A DNA stretch of 64,000 bases, taken from the NCBI RefSeq assembly GCF_009914755.1, contig NC_060931.1. One strand, written 5' to 3'. The position numbers and the translations under genes are program-made. The DNA comes from the human T2T-CHM13v2.0 reference genome, Homo sapiens. Every line of letters begins with the position of its first letter. Position 1 is the first letter of the stretch. Below the pieces are notes generated by a model. The model searched no databases and had not been told where the DNA came from. It was given only the letters and a program-made list of their open reading frames with translations. Below are positions 30,451 to 43,942 of this stretch, in pieces.

Positions 30451-33400
30451 TGAAATAAATACTATTAACAGTTTAAGGAAAGGTTAAATTAGCATCTACT
30501 GCTTTGTCCATTAAATAATACCTTACTCACTAGTATGAAGCTTTGAAAAAATAATCAAAACTAGTTAGTATAGTATCTCAGTGTATCAGCAAGTCTGCCA
30601 CATTACAGGCAATATCTGACACCTGTATTACAGGTGACTTGAGTAACCTGGACAGCTCCAGTTTAACTTTATTACAAGTTACTTAAAAGTTATCAGAAAC
30701 TTTGTTTCTTTAGTGCTCAAAGTTAGGCTTCAATAATTACTCCAAAAAGGTTACCATCAAGGTGTAAAAACACCAATTCAGTAGAAGATTAAAGTGGGTT
30801 AGCTCTAATAGGAGCAGAATAGTGAATATGAGTAGAATCTCAGACTGCTTTCTCCAACTTACTATGAAGGATTCTTCTTTACCTACTATGGCTTATGCAG
30901 AGCTAAACCCCTATATTTCTAGTTTGAACTTAGTTTGCTGTCCTCCCCCTGATTATGCACTGAACCGTACAATCAACTGATTGTCTTGTGTTCACCATGA
31001 AAACAATACAACTAGGGATTTAATTTAATTCAGAGGAACTTGATGCTCTTCTAAGTAACATTTGGAACATTTCAGAGCCCTCTTTAATGTATCTTTTTGA
31101 TCATTCTTGCTTTTTGAGATAAATATAACTCAATGTTTATTCAAATATGATGCTCCTTTTATTCTGTTAAGATGAGGAATAGTGGTTTTTCATACTAAAT
31201 TTCTTTTCTCCCCTCTTATCACATACTTTCATTTATTTTTACCCTGACCTAAACATTTCATATAAATTTAGTTTATTTGCTCCTTTAAGAAACTATTAAT
31301 TGAATCAAATTGACCATAATGCGAGGCTAATTTCCTAAAACTTGCATATAGAAACTGCTTGCTTAGGAATTTGATTTCATAAAATATAAAATAACCAGTC
31401 AAATGACTAACATCATTCCCATATTCCAATTTTGTTATTACAATTTTCTGTCACCTCAGTGAACGTACTAGATGAGTATTGTCATAGTAGACTATCTGCT
31501 GGAAGTCTATTAAGGATTAGAACCTTTTGCTGTCATCTTGTAGGTGGTCTCTTCTAGAAGGTAACATTGACATCTGTAATTGCTGTGAGACCTATACCTG
31601 TGGAAAGTTATATTTCTCCCCAAATCTGGCCTGAAGCCACTGGGAGAAAGATGAGTGGTCAGGCAGGCTAGGGATCTTATGTCAATCAGCAAAGATGTGG
31701 GAGCTCATACGCCAATGTCTCTCAATTTTTTTTTTCTTGATCATTCCCTTACCAAGACACATCAAATTCTCCCTAAGAAGAAAAGTTAAACACTAAGGAA
31801 TCGGATATTGTCAGGTATGGTCCTTGGAGGGTTACAATCATTATAATATCTAAGACTTTTGCCCCCAAGAACCAATTTTGGTCGTGATATTCTATCTATT
31901 GAAAATTCATGCTCTAAGCTGAGGATGGCTGGAGCTATATTCTATTAAAGGGATCATCTGATGTGTCTTATTACTAAATTCAGGAAGCTCTAGGAGAGAG
32001 ATGGAGGTGATTGTATTAGTTGGACCACTCTTCATCACTGATTTGGCTCAAGACATCAGCAATATTGGTGGCCAAATGGAACTAGCTTTGTCCCAAGATA
32101 TAATTGACCCTCATACGTAGATAACAAAGATTCTAAGCATCTGGCATTAATATTCTATTTTTTACCCTAAGTAAGAAGAAGAAACCATAAACCATGCTGC
32201 TATTGACTTTTGGAGCTGGAACTATAAATATTGCTGTTTTCTCTACAGCATTACTATACAGAAGACTGCAGAAAGTTGAAATAGATTTATCACCATCATA
32301 AGAAATTGATGTACACGATCAGGGGCAGTTCTGTGTTTTGCTGCTTTGAGACTTTTTAAAACTAGAAGAGAAACAAAACCATAATGGATTACAAGAATTC
32401 TGGACTACAGGGAATTTCATCTGCACCGAAACCACAATTCTTGCTGTAGTGTCAACAATTCACACTTTAGCTAGAATAAGTTTTTCCCTCCTGGTATTTT
32501 ATCTCCTCCCCTTACCCTTAGTCAGTTTTTGCCCCCAGTAAACTTGTTTTCAGTGGAAGCTTCTGGGTCTTAGTGTTCTCCCTACCCCAGTTACCCTCCA
32601 AATCTTAGGTTCTTTAGCTCTAATCTACTGCCTCCTGCAGATGTAGGACTATGTAAGGCTGAGTTGGCTTTTTGTGCGTATAAGTATTTAAGGATACAGG
32701 TTACAGACACAATACATTGTTCCTGATTTCCTTAGACTGGGAGAGACATGATCTTTATTTTCTGGTTATCTCAGTTTGGATGGGATTCATCAAGACTCCT
32801 TTGTACTGATTTTAAAGCTCAGTACTAGGGCCTTTATTTCTCTGACTACCATGTATTGGCCCAGAGATTGTGGTCCCCCTAGCCATGACGTCTTAAGTGT
32901 TGAGAAAAGTAAGGAATGGGAAATGATAGAAAGCAGGACATCAGAATCATCTGACGAACTTTTTCCAAGTAACATCTCCATCTGCCACACTCATGCCCGG
33001 AACTGTCTGTCAAAACAAAGGTAATTAAATAAACAATAAACAATTTGACCAAAGGCAAAAAGAAACAATGCTGATATTTTTCTCATGTTTAGAGATGCAT
33101 TTTTAAATTGAGTTATAGGAAAATGTTCATTGCCTTTTAAAATCCTAGCATTGAGAAGGAAACATTGAGCTCTGTAATCCACAAATACTTAGGTTAGCTA
33201 ACTACCTTAGGTTTAAGCCTCATTATTGGGAGAGAAGAGAAATGGGTTTTCTTAACTACAGCTCTTTTGCAGAATAGCATGAATCTGGTTCTGGTGATAG
33301 TCTTGGTTTATGCTCTCCTGGGGAAAGGAGATAAGCCACTGTCCCTTCTACAGCATAGCCAGAACTCACATAGAAATTCTTGGAAGAGGCAGAATAGCTG

Positions 33401-33844
33401 GGCATAAGTTTTCTTAAACAACTCTGTAAAGAAAATGCAGGAAAGGCAAATTCATTTGTTTCTGCTGAACAGGAAGTTGGCTTCTAAATGGTAGCACTCT
33501 GTGTGTTATGTAATTTTCATTGGCCATTTCTAGATTTGACACCTCAATGATTTCTCAGAGCAGAACAATAAACTCATTTTAATGCAAACAGCATTACTTT
33601 TTCAAACAAGGCCATAGTTCATTTCTAGATTCAGCTCACAATTATAGCGGTAGGTCACAAGCAAAAGCTGTTTGGTTGCTAGAAATATCCATCAGAGAAT
33701 GAGTAATTGACCAGAAATGAAGACCAAAAGAAAAAAAAAAAAGGAAAAAAAGAAAAAGAGAACCGAGACCAAACAACTCCTTTCAATTTCCATCTGATTC
33801 TGGCTTAAGTATTACGAAAAGATTAAGATGCCAGAAACATTGGA

Positions 33845-34030
33845 GGTGGCTCTCAAACATTAGCTTACATTGGAAAAATCATGCAGAGGGCTGCTGAAAC
33901 TCAGATTATTAGGTCCCATCCCCAGAGATGCTAATTTAAAATATGAGGTGCAGCCTGTGAACTTCATTTCTAAGAACTTCCCAGATGATGTTCATGTTGT
34001 TATTGTGATTACACTGGGAGAACCACCGCT
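33845..34030. mobile_element. MER5A-like element
   Basis: 'ggctctcaaac...cccatccccagag...ttctaagaacttcccagatgatg...gagaaccac'. Confidence 0.78.
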
Positions 34031-34719
34031 TTAAAGAGCTACAGCTGTGTTGGGGCCTGATCGTAATAAGAACATTGGTCACACCTGTTGAAGACAGTGT
34101 TTGCTAAAATTTTCTCATGACAATTATTGCTATGTAGGAATTACTGCAACAACACATCCTTTCTATTCATCTTGTAATGAGACACATTTTTCCCTTTAAC
34201 TGCAGCTCAGAACTCTCTTAGTTGTTGATGTGGTGGTGGGATGTGAGATATATTAATAGAAGTAACTTCCCATTTCTAGTTCTTATTTTCATACAAAAGT
34301 TCTAAATTTGACTCTTTTTTCCCATCCTGTTACCTTCTGAATATAATGATACTTAGGCTTTTTGGTGCCCTCTCTGTTGAAGCAAGTGAGCATGTCCCCA
34401 TAGATTTTTCTTACTTTGTAGCCTCTTGATGATATCTTCAATAAAATACCTTCTCATCCCCTTAAAACTCTAACACCCTACATTCTCCAAGGTGTGTATT
34501 CTGTGAATTAATTAGTGACTTCTTAATGCAGTGTTTGCCATCCTGCTGTCTGAATTCCTAACATAGTAGTATCTAGACATGTTTGTTGGCAACTTCACTT
34601 CAAAATTCCAGAGCTGCATCACTTATTTACTTTAAATACCCTAAAACCTAACATTTAACTGTTGATTACAGCACAACTATTGAAGACACAACACAACTAC
34701 TTATGACAACTGAACTGGA

Positions 34720-35620
34720 CACTTAGCACCCCCCATCCCTTTCCTGCCATATCAGGTAAAGGGCATTACCATGGTAATTACATAGGTATCATTTACCTGC
34801 AGAGGCACCCACCACCCAATTAGTCTTTGTTCTAGCAGTAAGACCGCAAGCCATAGGGGATGAAATATGACTTATTTAAGTCAACCATGGGAATCAAATT
34901 CTTTACTAGTGATTTGTCTAGAGGAAAACATGTGACTAACTTTCATTAGGGACAGAAGGAAATTTGAGGTTTCTGGGAATTATTTTTTTCCCTCGGAAGA
35001 GTGTAAACACAACTCTTTTCTTTCCATCTTCTTTATTTCTATTTTGATACTGCTTGATATGGTTTGGCTCCGTGTGCCTACCCAAATCTCATCTCGAATT
35101 GTAATCCCCACGTGTGGAGGCAGGGAGGTGATTGGAACATGGGGGTGGTTCCTTCCATGCTGTTCTCGTGATAGTGAGTGAGTTCTCACGAGATCTGATG
35201 GTTTTATAAGGGGCTCTTCCCCCTTCACTTTTCGCCTTCTCTGGCCTGCTGCCTTGTGAGTTTTGTCTGCTTTGCCTTCCACCATGATTGTAAGTTTCCT
35301 GAGGCTTCCCCAGCTATGCAGAACCGTGAGTCAATTAAACCTCTTTCCTTTATAAATTACCCAGTCTCTGGCTTTCTTTATGGCAGAGTTAAAATGGACT
35401 AATGCACTGCTGTATGAAGATGTGACGCTTGTAACCACTGTAGCCATCTTGTGACCATGAGGGAAATAAGAGGTAATTCTGGAAATGCTCACTCAAAGCC
35501 CCAACATTGCCGAGCCGCTGAATCATCACTGCCTAACTTTGACATGTTTTTGAGAATATATCGTTTAAGTCATTAAGGTTTTTTTTTTCTTTTAATAATA
35601 TAACTTGAATGAATTCTAAC
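34720..35620. mobile_element. Old ERVL LTR (LTR16/33-like) hosting THE1D
   Basis: 'gaagatgtgacgctt...gtagccatcttgtgaccatgaggg'. Confidence 0.55.
35055..35406 (+). mobile_element. THE1D-like solo LTR
   Basis: TG...CA ends with a perfect 5-bp TSD CTGCT (35050-35054 / 35407-35411). Confidence 0.93.
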
Positions 35621-38600
35621 TGATCACTAATGAAAAGTATGTCAGGTCTTTGTCAAATAGCAAAAGCCCTGGTTACTTACTTTCTGGGCTTGTTTTAGAG
35701 AGTGGAGTCTGCTTCCCCAAGGAGTAAAACTAACCCTTATATTTTGATAGGGAAGCCAATGAATGACTCTTGGACAGAGCTCGCCAAGGGTAGTGGAAAG
35801 AGTTTGGCTTTCTTAAGCTCTAATTAGTCTCACCCGGTTCACAGCCTCCAGCAAAACTGCCTCATTTTTTTTAATTGCCAAGTGCTATGGCAATTACCAT
35901 AATGTTATGACAGTGCTGATACAATGTAGCCTGGTTGAAATGCAAAGCACTCTCAGGAGAGGAGAGAGGCTTCTGGTTGAGCTGGATCTGAACTTTCTGT
36001 CCTATTTGCCTTCCCTGGGGGATGAGGAGGTCCAGTGTCGTTCAGCACGTTAGCTTGTTCCAGATTGTCAATATGTTGCTACAGTGTTGGGACAGTTGTT
36101 AGCTCTGGAGATGCCCTTTCAAAGAGGCTGTTGCTCAAACAGCCTGCGACTTAGTATTTTGGCCAACTTTTTTAGATGAAGGGTAAACATTCTCTAGCCA
36201 GAGACTATTCCCCAGGTGGGTGAAACATTTGTTCTTATTAGGCCCTTCAATTTCGTTCTTCTACTTTGACATAGAGCCTGAAATTTTTCTCACTGGTCTT
36301 TTACGTTTAGAAGTTATATGCAGAAGGTATTGTGGGTGAGAGTGAGGTGAACTTGGGGATGTCCATTTTTTCTCTTCAGACAGGTGAATGACAATTTATT
36401 CAAATTAAGACTTTGAGGCCATGCTAATGAACTCATTTCCTTTAGGTGGTTGTGCTTTGCAGAGCTAAGGACAAGTGATCTGATTTTTAAAGAAAGCCTG
36501 GAACATAGGCCATTCGGTGCTATGTGGTTCTCCAAAGGTGTAGTGTATGGACTCGGGGAAAACAGTATGATTCTCCCCATGTTATAACAGTAATTAGGTA
36601 CAATACCAGTGATGGTGGTTTAGGTTTTCTCATCATTGACTCTTAGGCTCCCAGGCCAAATACCTTTGGGCAGAGAATCACAGTTCCCACACCTGTCTAA
36701 TCAATAAAATGAATTAGTAATCTTGTTAAACTACAAATTTATAAATTCCACCTTAGAGCTACTAAATCAGACTCGATGCTGGGGAACTAGCTTGAGGAAT
36801 TATTCTTAAAATTTAGCTTCCTGTTTTCTGTGATTCTGATTCTTTTTTCTCTGATACAATAGCTTTTGTCCATGATTCTATGGACAGATCCTTGGGAGTA
36901 CATAATCTCATGTGACCCCTTTTTATGGGAATCCCAATCTGGATGATGCTTGGAGTATTGTCCCCCAATCTCACGGCTCTATGTCCTTCTCAAAAGACCC
37001 CTAGAAGCAGAGGGAGATACAATGGGTAAAGTTAGAAAGTGGGAAGAAAAGGCACGTTTAGGGAAAAGGGAACAGGTAACTGAGGTAGATTGATGAAAAG
37101 TAGTGAGTGGTGTTCAGGTAGGAAGTATGCCAATTTGTTTGTAGAGAGCTTTCAATGTGAGGCTGAAGTTTTAGCCTAGGAAATAGAGTACTGGTGAAGG
37201 TTTGAATAGTAGTCAGTAATTTGGGATGATTATTCAGTAGCAATGTATATTATTTCTTCAAATGGATGGCGAGTGGTTAGAGAAACTAGCGTGGTTCACT
37301 TCAGTAGTCCAGACCACCTGAAATAGGATGGCAACTGAGGTGACAGAAAACAGGGAATACCTGAAAGAATGAAAATGGAAAGACAGTGACTATGGGATGC
37401 AAAAGTGAGAGGCATAAAAAATTAGAAAAAGAAATAAAACCCATGACTCAAATCTCTAAACCTTCTGTTTCAAGGGCAATAGAAGGCTATTAAATGAATT
37501 AGAACAGACATTTCATTGGAGAGAGAAAAAAAGTTTGCTTTTAAGCATTATTACATATATACTAGCAACACCAAGGTAAGCAAACCATGTGCCTCACAGG
37601 CTGTATGGAAGGAGGTTACACCTGGAGAGCAAGTTTTATTCTGAATTTTGTGCCTGGCACACAACAAATACTTTATTTTTGAATGACCAGTAGGACTTGG
37701 AGAGAAAGATCGAAGGCTTTTAATGAGTTTATTTAAATGATTGAACTTTGGCATAAATGGTTTTATTTTTTCTAATCACGTTTAAACATTCTCTGGATCT
37801 AATTTCCATGACCCTTGATGACATCTTTTTATGGATTTTATGTTTTCTAATCATTTGGTTATCAGAACGGTCTCATTTTTGTCATTAAAACCCTTTGAGA
37901 TACTAAAGTACAACCCTGTGCTTTACAAGTTGAATCTCATATTCAGATCTTGCCATTTCTGGCTTCTTCTGACTCTCAGGGGTATAGATTATACTGGAAA
38001 AGGAGTATAATCTAACATTTTCTCATCTTTTTTTTTTTTTTTACTCTTCCTCTCTGCCTGGTTTCCTAGTCTGTGAGATAATCCATTGTTGGGGAAGGAG
38101 AATTCATAAGTAACACAATAGATGGATAATATAAAAAGAAGCTAATGTTTTCTAGGCTGATGTTTTATGTAGTTATCTGTATAGTAGGCACCCACCCCCA
38201 CAAGGTGGCTGTCTTCTGAACACATTTTTGAATGGTTCTGTGGTCATCCATTTTTAATGATGTTTCCCTTAAACAGTTTTGTGACATAGACAATATACTT
38301 TCTGACAAGTGTCTACCCCGCTCAGGTCCTGCCTAAGCAAAGCCATCCAGCCCGTATCCCTTACAGTTCACCATTGCCTATCAACATCCTCAGAAGGTGT
38401 GTGTAAGATGTTCTGAGGCTGACTTCATACATTTTGCTATTTCAAGCAGCAGAAATGCCTTTCAAATACTGTCTCTTCCTACCTTGCCATCAGGCTGCTC
38501 CAGAGACCTCCTTCACTCAGAACACTCCATGCTAGAAATTGCCACCAGTATCTATGATACTGTTTGTCCCCAAGTTTCAGTATCAGATATACAGTGCTCA

Positions 38601-39314
38601 GTGTACGAACTTAGGCCTGTGAGTTTCTGAAGTTCAAGCTGCCTCGGGGAAATGAGCTGTCATTTCCTTTTTCTTCCAGACCGGCCCCCACCCGGCCCCC
38701 ACCCCCCCCCCCCCCCCCCACTATCTTGAAGAGTGGTCTCTTGGAGCCACTGTCCCTTGGTTTGGAAGAAGGTAGGAACAAATGTAGCAAAAGCATTCTC
38801 CCTCAGACCTGTATTTTCCATGACTTTCAGTCAAATATCTAGTGTGCTCTCTGCATAAGGCTGAAGGTAGTTGGGGGGATGAGGTTAATCCATCTGTGAG
38901 GATGCGTCTACTAATTTTTCTTTCTAATAAGGGGATATCAATTATCTTTTGCTCAAAGCTTTAGCTGAAAATCTGAATACTGGTAAAAACCCACTCAATG
39001 TCCTAGTATACGTTTATTCAACCTATATCATTTACTGGTTCTATAAATGCCAGATACTGTTTGCAATACTCAAGATCACAAACAAGGTCTTTGCTTTCAC
39101 TGAACTCACGTTCATCTTGGAGAGTGGAGGAAAGTTAGAGGAAACAGACAGTGAACAAAATAAAAAAAAAAATAGCAGGTTCACATTCATGTTAACTATG
39201 CAGAGTTAAAACCAGATCTACTAGGTGACTGGATGATTCACCTGGAGTGTGTGGGGCAAGCTACAAAGGAGAAGACAGAGCTATTTAGTGTCTATTCATT
39301 TGATATGTTGAGGC

Positions 39315-39522
39315 CTTAAGGATAGTGAGTCAAGTTGAATCTGCCATCTGTTAGTGTAAATAAAGTTTTATTTGAACACAGCTGCATTTGTTACTATATT
39401 GTCTATGGCTGCTTTCATGAAACAGCTGTAGATTGAGTAGATGAGACTGAGGCTGTATGATCTGCAAGTCTAGAATATTATCTCTCTAGTGCTTTATAGA
39501 AAAAGTTTGCTGGCCCTCTGCT
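39315..39522. mobile_element. MER58A-like hAT element
   Basis: 'gtaaataaagttttatttgaacacagc...gtctatggctgcttt...tttatagaaaaagtttgc'. Confidence 0.8.
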
Positions 39523-40773
39523 ACAAGAGTAAAATCCATTATACCATGCTTTATACATTAAGCATCTATTAACCTACCAAGAAAGAGTTATTTTTATTCT
39601 TCAGTGAGTTAGAGTCATATTTATTCCTGCTGTCCATCAGTTCATCCTAGAATTATTAAATTCTTACATGTAGTTGCTTCATATTGATTAAAATCACTTA
39701 TTAAACCTGTTTATTGAATAAGTGTTGGCAACCATGGGATTTTGCCTGGCCCATGTATTGGATATAGTCGGCTTCTCAGTAAGGTAGAGTATTTGTTGAT
39801 TTAGATGATCCAGAGCCTATCATAAATACCAGTGCATTCTCATAGCATGGCTTAGGTTCTCACTAATAAAGCATGCCTATTCTTATAGTCTAGGATTTGA
39901 CTTCCTGCTCTTTGTCTGCCTCCTATGAAATATTTTTAAATGTTTTGTCTTTCCAATTTGTGTCCTTTTACAAAATGCCTGTCAAATACTGATTCCCTTC
40001 CACAATGGGGCTTGAATGCAGCTGACAGTCGTTTTGTTTCACGACATTGATTCATGCAGCTCCTGCTGCTGCCAAAGTACTTCTTTGTGTACCAGCTTCA
40101 TACATTGACCTCAGCTCAGGGCTGGGGACAGGGTTTGTTTAGTGGCTGCAGCTGGGGGATATTTTTCCTGATATTATAAGTTGTACTGCTGTAGACCTTT
40201 TTAGCTATCATCTCTATGCCTTTCAAGAGTGTTCTAATTGTGGTAACTCAACAGCCCTGTTGTAGAAGATAAAATTATGCTCTTTTGTACAGAAGCAAAC
40301 CAGGTAAAGGAATTTGTCCAAGTTCATGTAGGGAGCTCTCAGGTATCCCAAAACCAAGGCATCATGTGGTGCTATTTCTTTTTATCAAATATGCAAATGT
40401 TATCTGCTTTTTTGTGATCCCAGTTGTCTCTTCATAATTTCTACCATCCCACCTCTTGTTAGTGAATTTCCCATTGGTATTTACCAATTCTTCCTGCAAA
40501 ATTTTGGATCTTTTCTCCTGATGTGACCCCAAACTCTATACCAATTCTTATACTTTTTATTAAACTATTTCCAGGGGGATTTCTACATACATTCAAATAG
40601 GCATAGATGTCCATTTTGTATCACAATACAAATCTGAGCCCTCAGTCCCCTGTCTTTGCTGACAGTCTAAGGCATTACCAGATTAACTCAATGTAGCATT
40701 TATTATCTCTGCTCTTATTTTCTCTGGTATCCTTGTTATTTTACCATTGTTGGACTTAATTTATATTTTGAGA

Positions 40774-41076
40774 TTTTTTTCTTTTTCTTTTTTTTGAGAC
40801 GGAATCTCGCTCTGTTGCTCAGACTGGAGCGCAGTGGTGCGATCTCGGCTCACTGCAAGCTCCGCCACCCGGATTCATGCCATTCTCCGGCCTCAGCCTC
40901 CTGAGTAGCTGGGACTACAGGTGCCCGCCACCATGCCTGGCTAATTTTTTGTATTTTTAGTAGAGACAGTGTTTCCCTGTGTTAGCCAGGATGGTCTCGA
41001 TCTGCTGAACTCGTGATCTGTCCACCTCGGCCTCCCAAAGTGCTAGGATTACAGGCGTGAGCCACCACACCTGGCC
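40774..41076 (-). mobile_element. AluY
   Basis: Y diagnostics 'gcaagctccgcc', 'ccattctcc', 'gttagccaggatggtctcgatc'; TSD tatattttgag. Confidence 0.95.
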
Positions 41077-41334
41077 TATATTTTGAGTTTTATGTACTTT
41101 TCCTCCACTCTTTCTTCTTGCCTCTGATAGATTCCACAATTACCTCTTTTATGATTTACATTCCTTCACATAGTCTTGTACATTTCCTGTCTTCCAGACT
41201 TCTTACTTAATGTTGACTGTCCTATCTCAACCACACAAAGTAAAAGACTTGCCTGAACCTCAGAATCATCTTCATTCCAACAGGTTATTCCACTCTCCTG
41301 TAAGTTATAGTCATTCTAGGGGCTTTTGTTTTCA

Positions 41335-42338
41335 CATTTTTTTATTGTGGTAAAATACACATAAGATTTACCATCTTAACCCTTTAAAAATTTATATTTC
41401 AGTGTTATTAAATACATTTACAGTGTCATGCAATCATCCTCAGTATCCATTTCCATAATTTTTTTCATCTTGCAAAACGGAAACTCTGTATTCATTAAAC
41501 AATAGCTCCTCATCCACCTCAGCCCCTGACATCCAGCCTCCCACTTTCTGTCTCCCTGATTTTGGCTACTCTAAGTATCTCATAGAAATGGAATCATGTA
41601 GTATTGGTCTTTTTGTGACTGGCTGATTTCACTTAGCAGAAAGTTTTCAAGGTTCATGTTGTAGCATACATCAGCAGTTTCTTCCTTGTCAAGGCTGAGT
41701 GATATTTCATTGTATGTATATACCACATCTTATCCATTCATACACGAATGGACACTTGGGTTGCTTCCATGTTTTAGCTGTTGTGAATCATGTTGCTATG
41801 AACATGGGCATACAAATGCATTTTGAGATTCTGCTTTCAATTATTTTGGGTATATACTCAGAAGTGCAATTTATGAATCACATGTTAATTCTATTTTTAA
41901 TTTTTTTGAGAAACTACCATACTGTGTTTCACAATAGCTATATTATTTTACATTCCCACCAGCAGAGCACAGGGCTGTGATTTCTTCATATCCCAGTAAA
42001 CACTTGTTATTTTCTGTGGTTTTATTTTATTTTTTTTGATAATAGCCCTCCTAACAGGTATGTGGTGATCTCATTGTAGTTCTACATTTCCCTAATGATT
42101 AGTGATGGTGAGCATTTTTTCATGTGCTTATTGGACATTTGTATATCTTCTTTAGAGAAGTATTTATTTAAATCCTTTGCCGATTTTTAAATTAGATTGT
42201 TTTTTGTTGAGTTTTAGGAGTTCTCTATATAATGTATTCTAGATAAAAATCCCCTATCAGATGTATGATTTGCAAATATTTCTCCCATTCTATTGGTTGC
42301 CTTTTTACTCTGTTGATATTGCCTTATCATGTACAAAA
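41335..42338 (-). mobile_element. L1MB-like 3' fragment
   Basis: 'ttttattgtggtaaaatacacataa...ccatcttaacc' L1MA/MB 3' end. Confidence 0.85.
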
Positions 42339-42353
42339 TAGAAAAAAAAATAT

Positions 42354-43150
42354 ATTTGGCTGTGAATCCATTAGGTCCAGGGCTTTTTTTGTTGGTAGGC
42401 TATTTACTACTGATTCAATTTCAGAGCTCATTATGGGTCTCTTCAGGGAGTCAATTCCTTCCTGGCTCTGTCTTGGGAGGATGTATGTGTCCCGGAATTT
42501 ATCTACCTCTTCTAGCTTCTCTAGTTTGTGTGTGCGGAGGTGTTCGTTATAGTTTCTGATGGATGTTTTTATTCTGTCATTTCTGTGTTTATTTGGGTCT
42601 TCTCTCTTTTCTTCATTAGTCTAGCTAGGGTCCTGTTTTATTAATTTTTTCATAAAGTCAACTCCTGGATTAGTTGATGTTTTGAATGTTTTTTCATGTC
42701 TCGATTTCCTTCAGTTCAGCTCTGATTTTTGTTATTTCTCATCTTCTGCTAACTCTGGGGTTGATTTGTTCTTGCTTCTCTAATTCTTTAGGTTGTCAAG
42801 TTGGGTTGTTAATCTGAGATCTTTCTAACTTCTTGGTGTGGGCATTTAGTGCTATGATTTCCCTCTTAACACTGTCTTAGCTATGTCTCAGAGATTCTGG
42901 TATGTTGTATCTTTCTCATTATTTTCAAATAACTTCTTGATTTCTGCCTTAATTTCATTATTTACCCAATAGTCATTCAAGATCATGTTATTTAATTTCC
43001 ATATAATTGCATGGTTTTGAGCTGGTACCTTTCCTACAGAAACTATTTCAAAAACCTGAGGAGGAAATCCTCCCTCAAGTTAGTCTATGAGACCAGCATC
43101 TTGATACCCAAACCTGGCAGAGATACAATAAAAAAAGAAAACTTCAGGCT
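42354..43150. mobile_element. L1P ORF2 fragment with 5' inversion (minus 42354-43021, plus 43019-43150)
   Basis: Aligns by eye to the L1PA at 12140-13040 as two oppositely oriented, L1-adjacent pieces. Confidence 0.88.
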
Positions 43151-43747
43151 AAGGGAACAGAAGAGCAAGAGATCTTCCCTCAATGAGTTTTGTTAATGTT
43201 ATAATATATCTTTTGGAAATTCATGCTTAATAAAAGCCAATCCCAGCAGTGAATGACGGCATAATTCGCACACATCCTAGAAGTCAAAATATATGAAAAC
43301 ATTTATTATACATTTCTTATTAATATTATCTTTCAGTTATAAATGTATACCATGAAAAATGTACTAAATTCAAACCCAGGCTTGCTGTTTTTTTAAAAAA
43401 AACTCTTAGTTTTTAAAATAAATTTATTTTCTGTTTTTTTTTTTCCTTCCCCCATCCTTGAATCCTGTTTCTACACTGATTTTTCACACTAATCTCTGTA
43501 AAATGTGAATCTTAGTCTGTCATTGCTGTGAAATATTCCTTCTCTGGCTCATTGCCTAAATGTTGAAGTTCACACTTTATACAAGTGATGCAAACTCTTC
43601 ATAATCTGACCAAAATTGTTTTACCTTCCTCTCTTTAGAATGGCCTCTCCATCTCTCCCTTGCCTCTCCTCCATACTTTCTAATGTAGGAGGCGGCACCC
43701 ACTGATCTGCCAGAATTCACTCTAAGCACCACACTCTCTACTTTTCT

Positions 43748-43942
43748 GTATATATATATATATACATATACGTATATATATGTATATATATACGTATATG
43801 TATGTGTATATATATATATGTATATGTATATATGTGTGTATATATATATAATTTAAGTTCTAGGGTACATATGCACAATGTTCAGGTTTGTTACATATGT
43901 ATACATGTGCCATGTTGGTGTGCTGCACCCATTAACTTATCA
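43748..43942 (-). mobile_element. Very short young L1PA 3' end with (TA/TG)n tail
   Basis: 'aagttctagggtacat...gtgctgcacccattaact'; 16-bp TSD cactctcta(c/a)ttttct. Confidence 0.9.

Noticed and set aside
40015-40160. CAGCTG E-box pair as a muscle enhancer (also 26630-26675 and scattered AP-1 sites)
   Set aside because: Short motifs at near-chance frequency, with no canonical MEF2 site.
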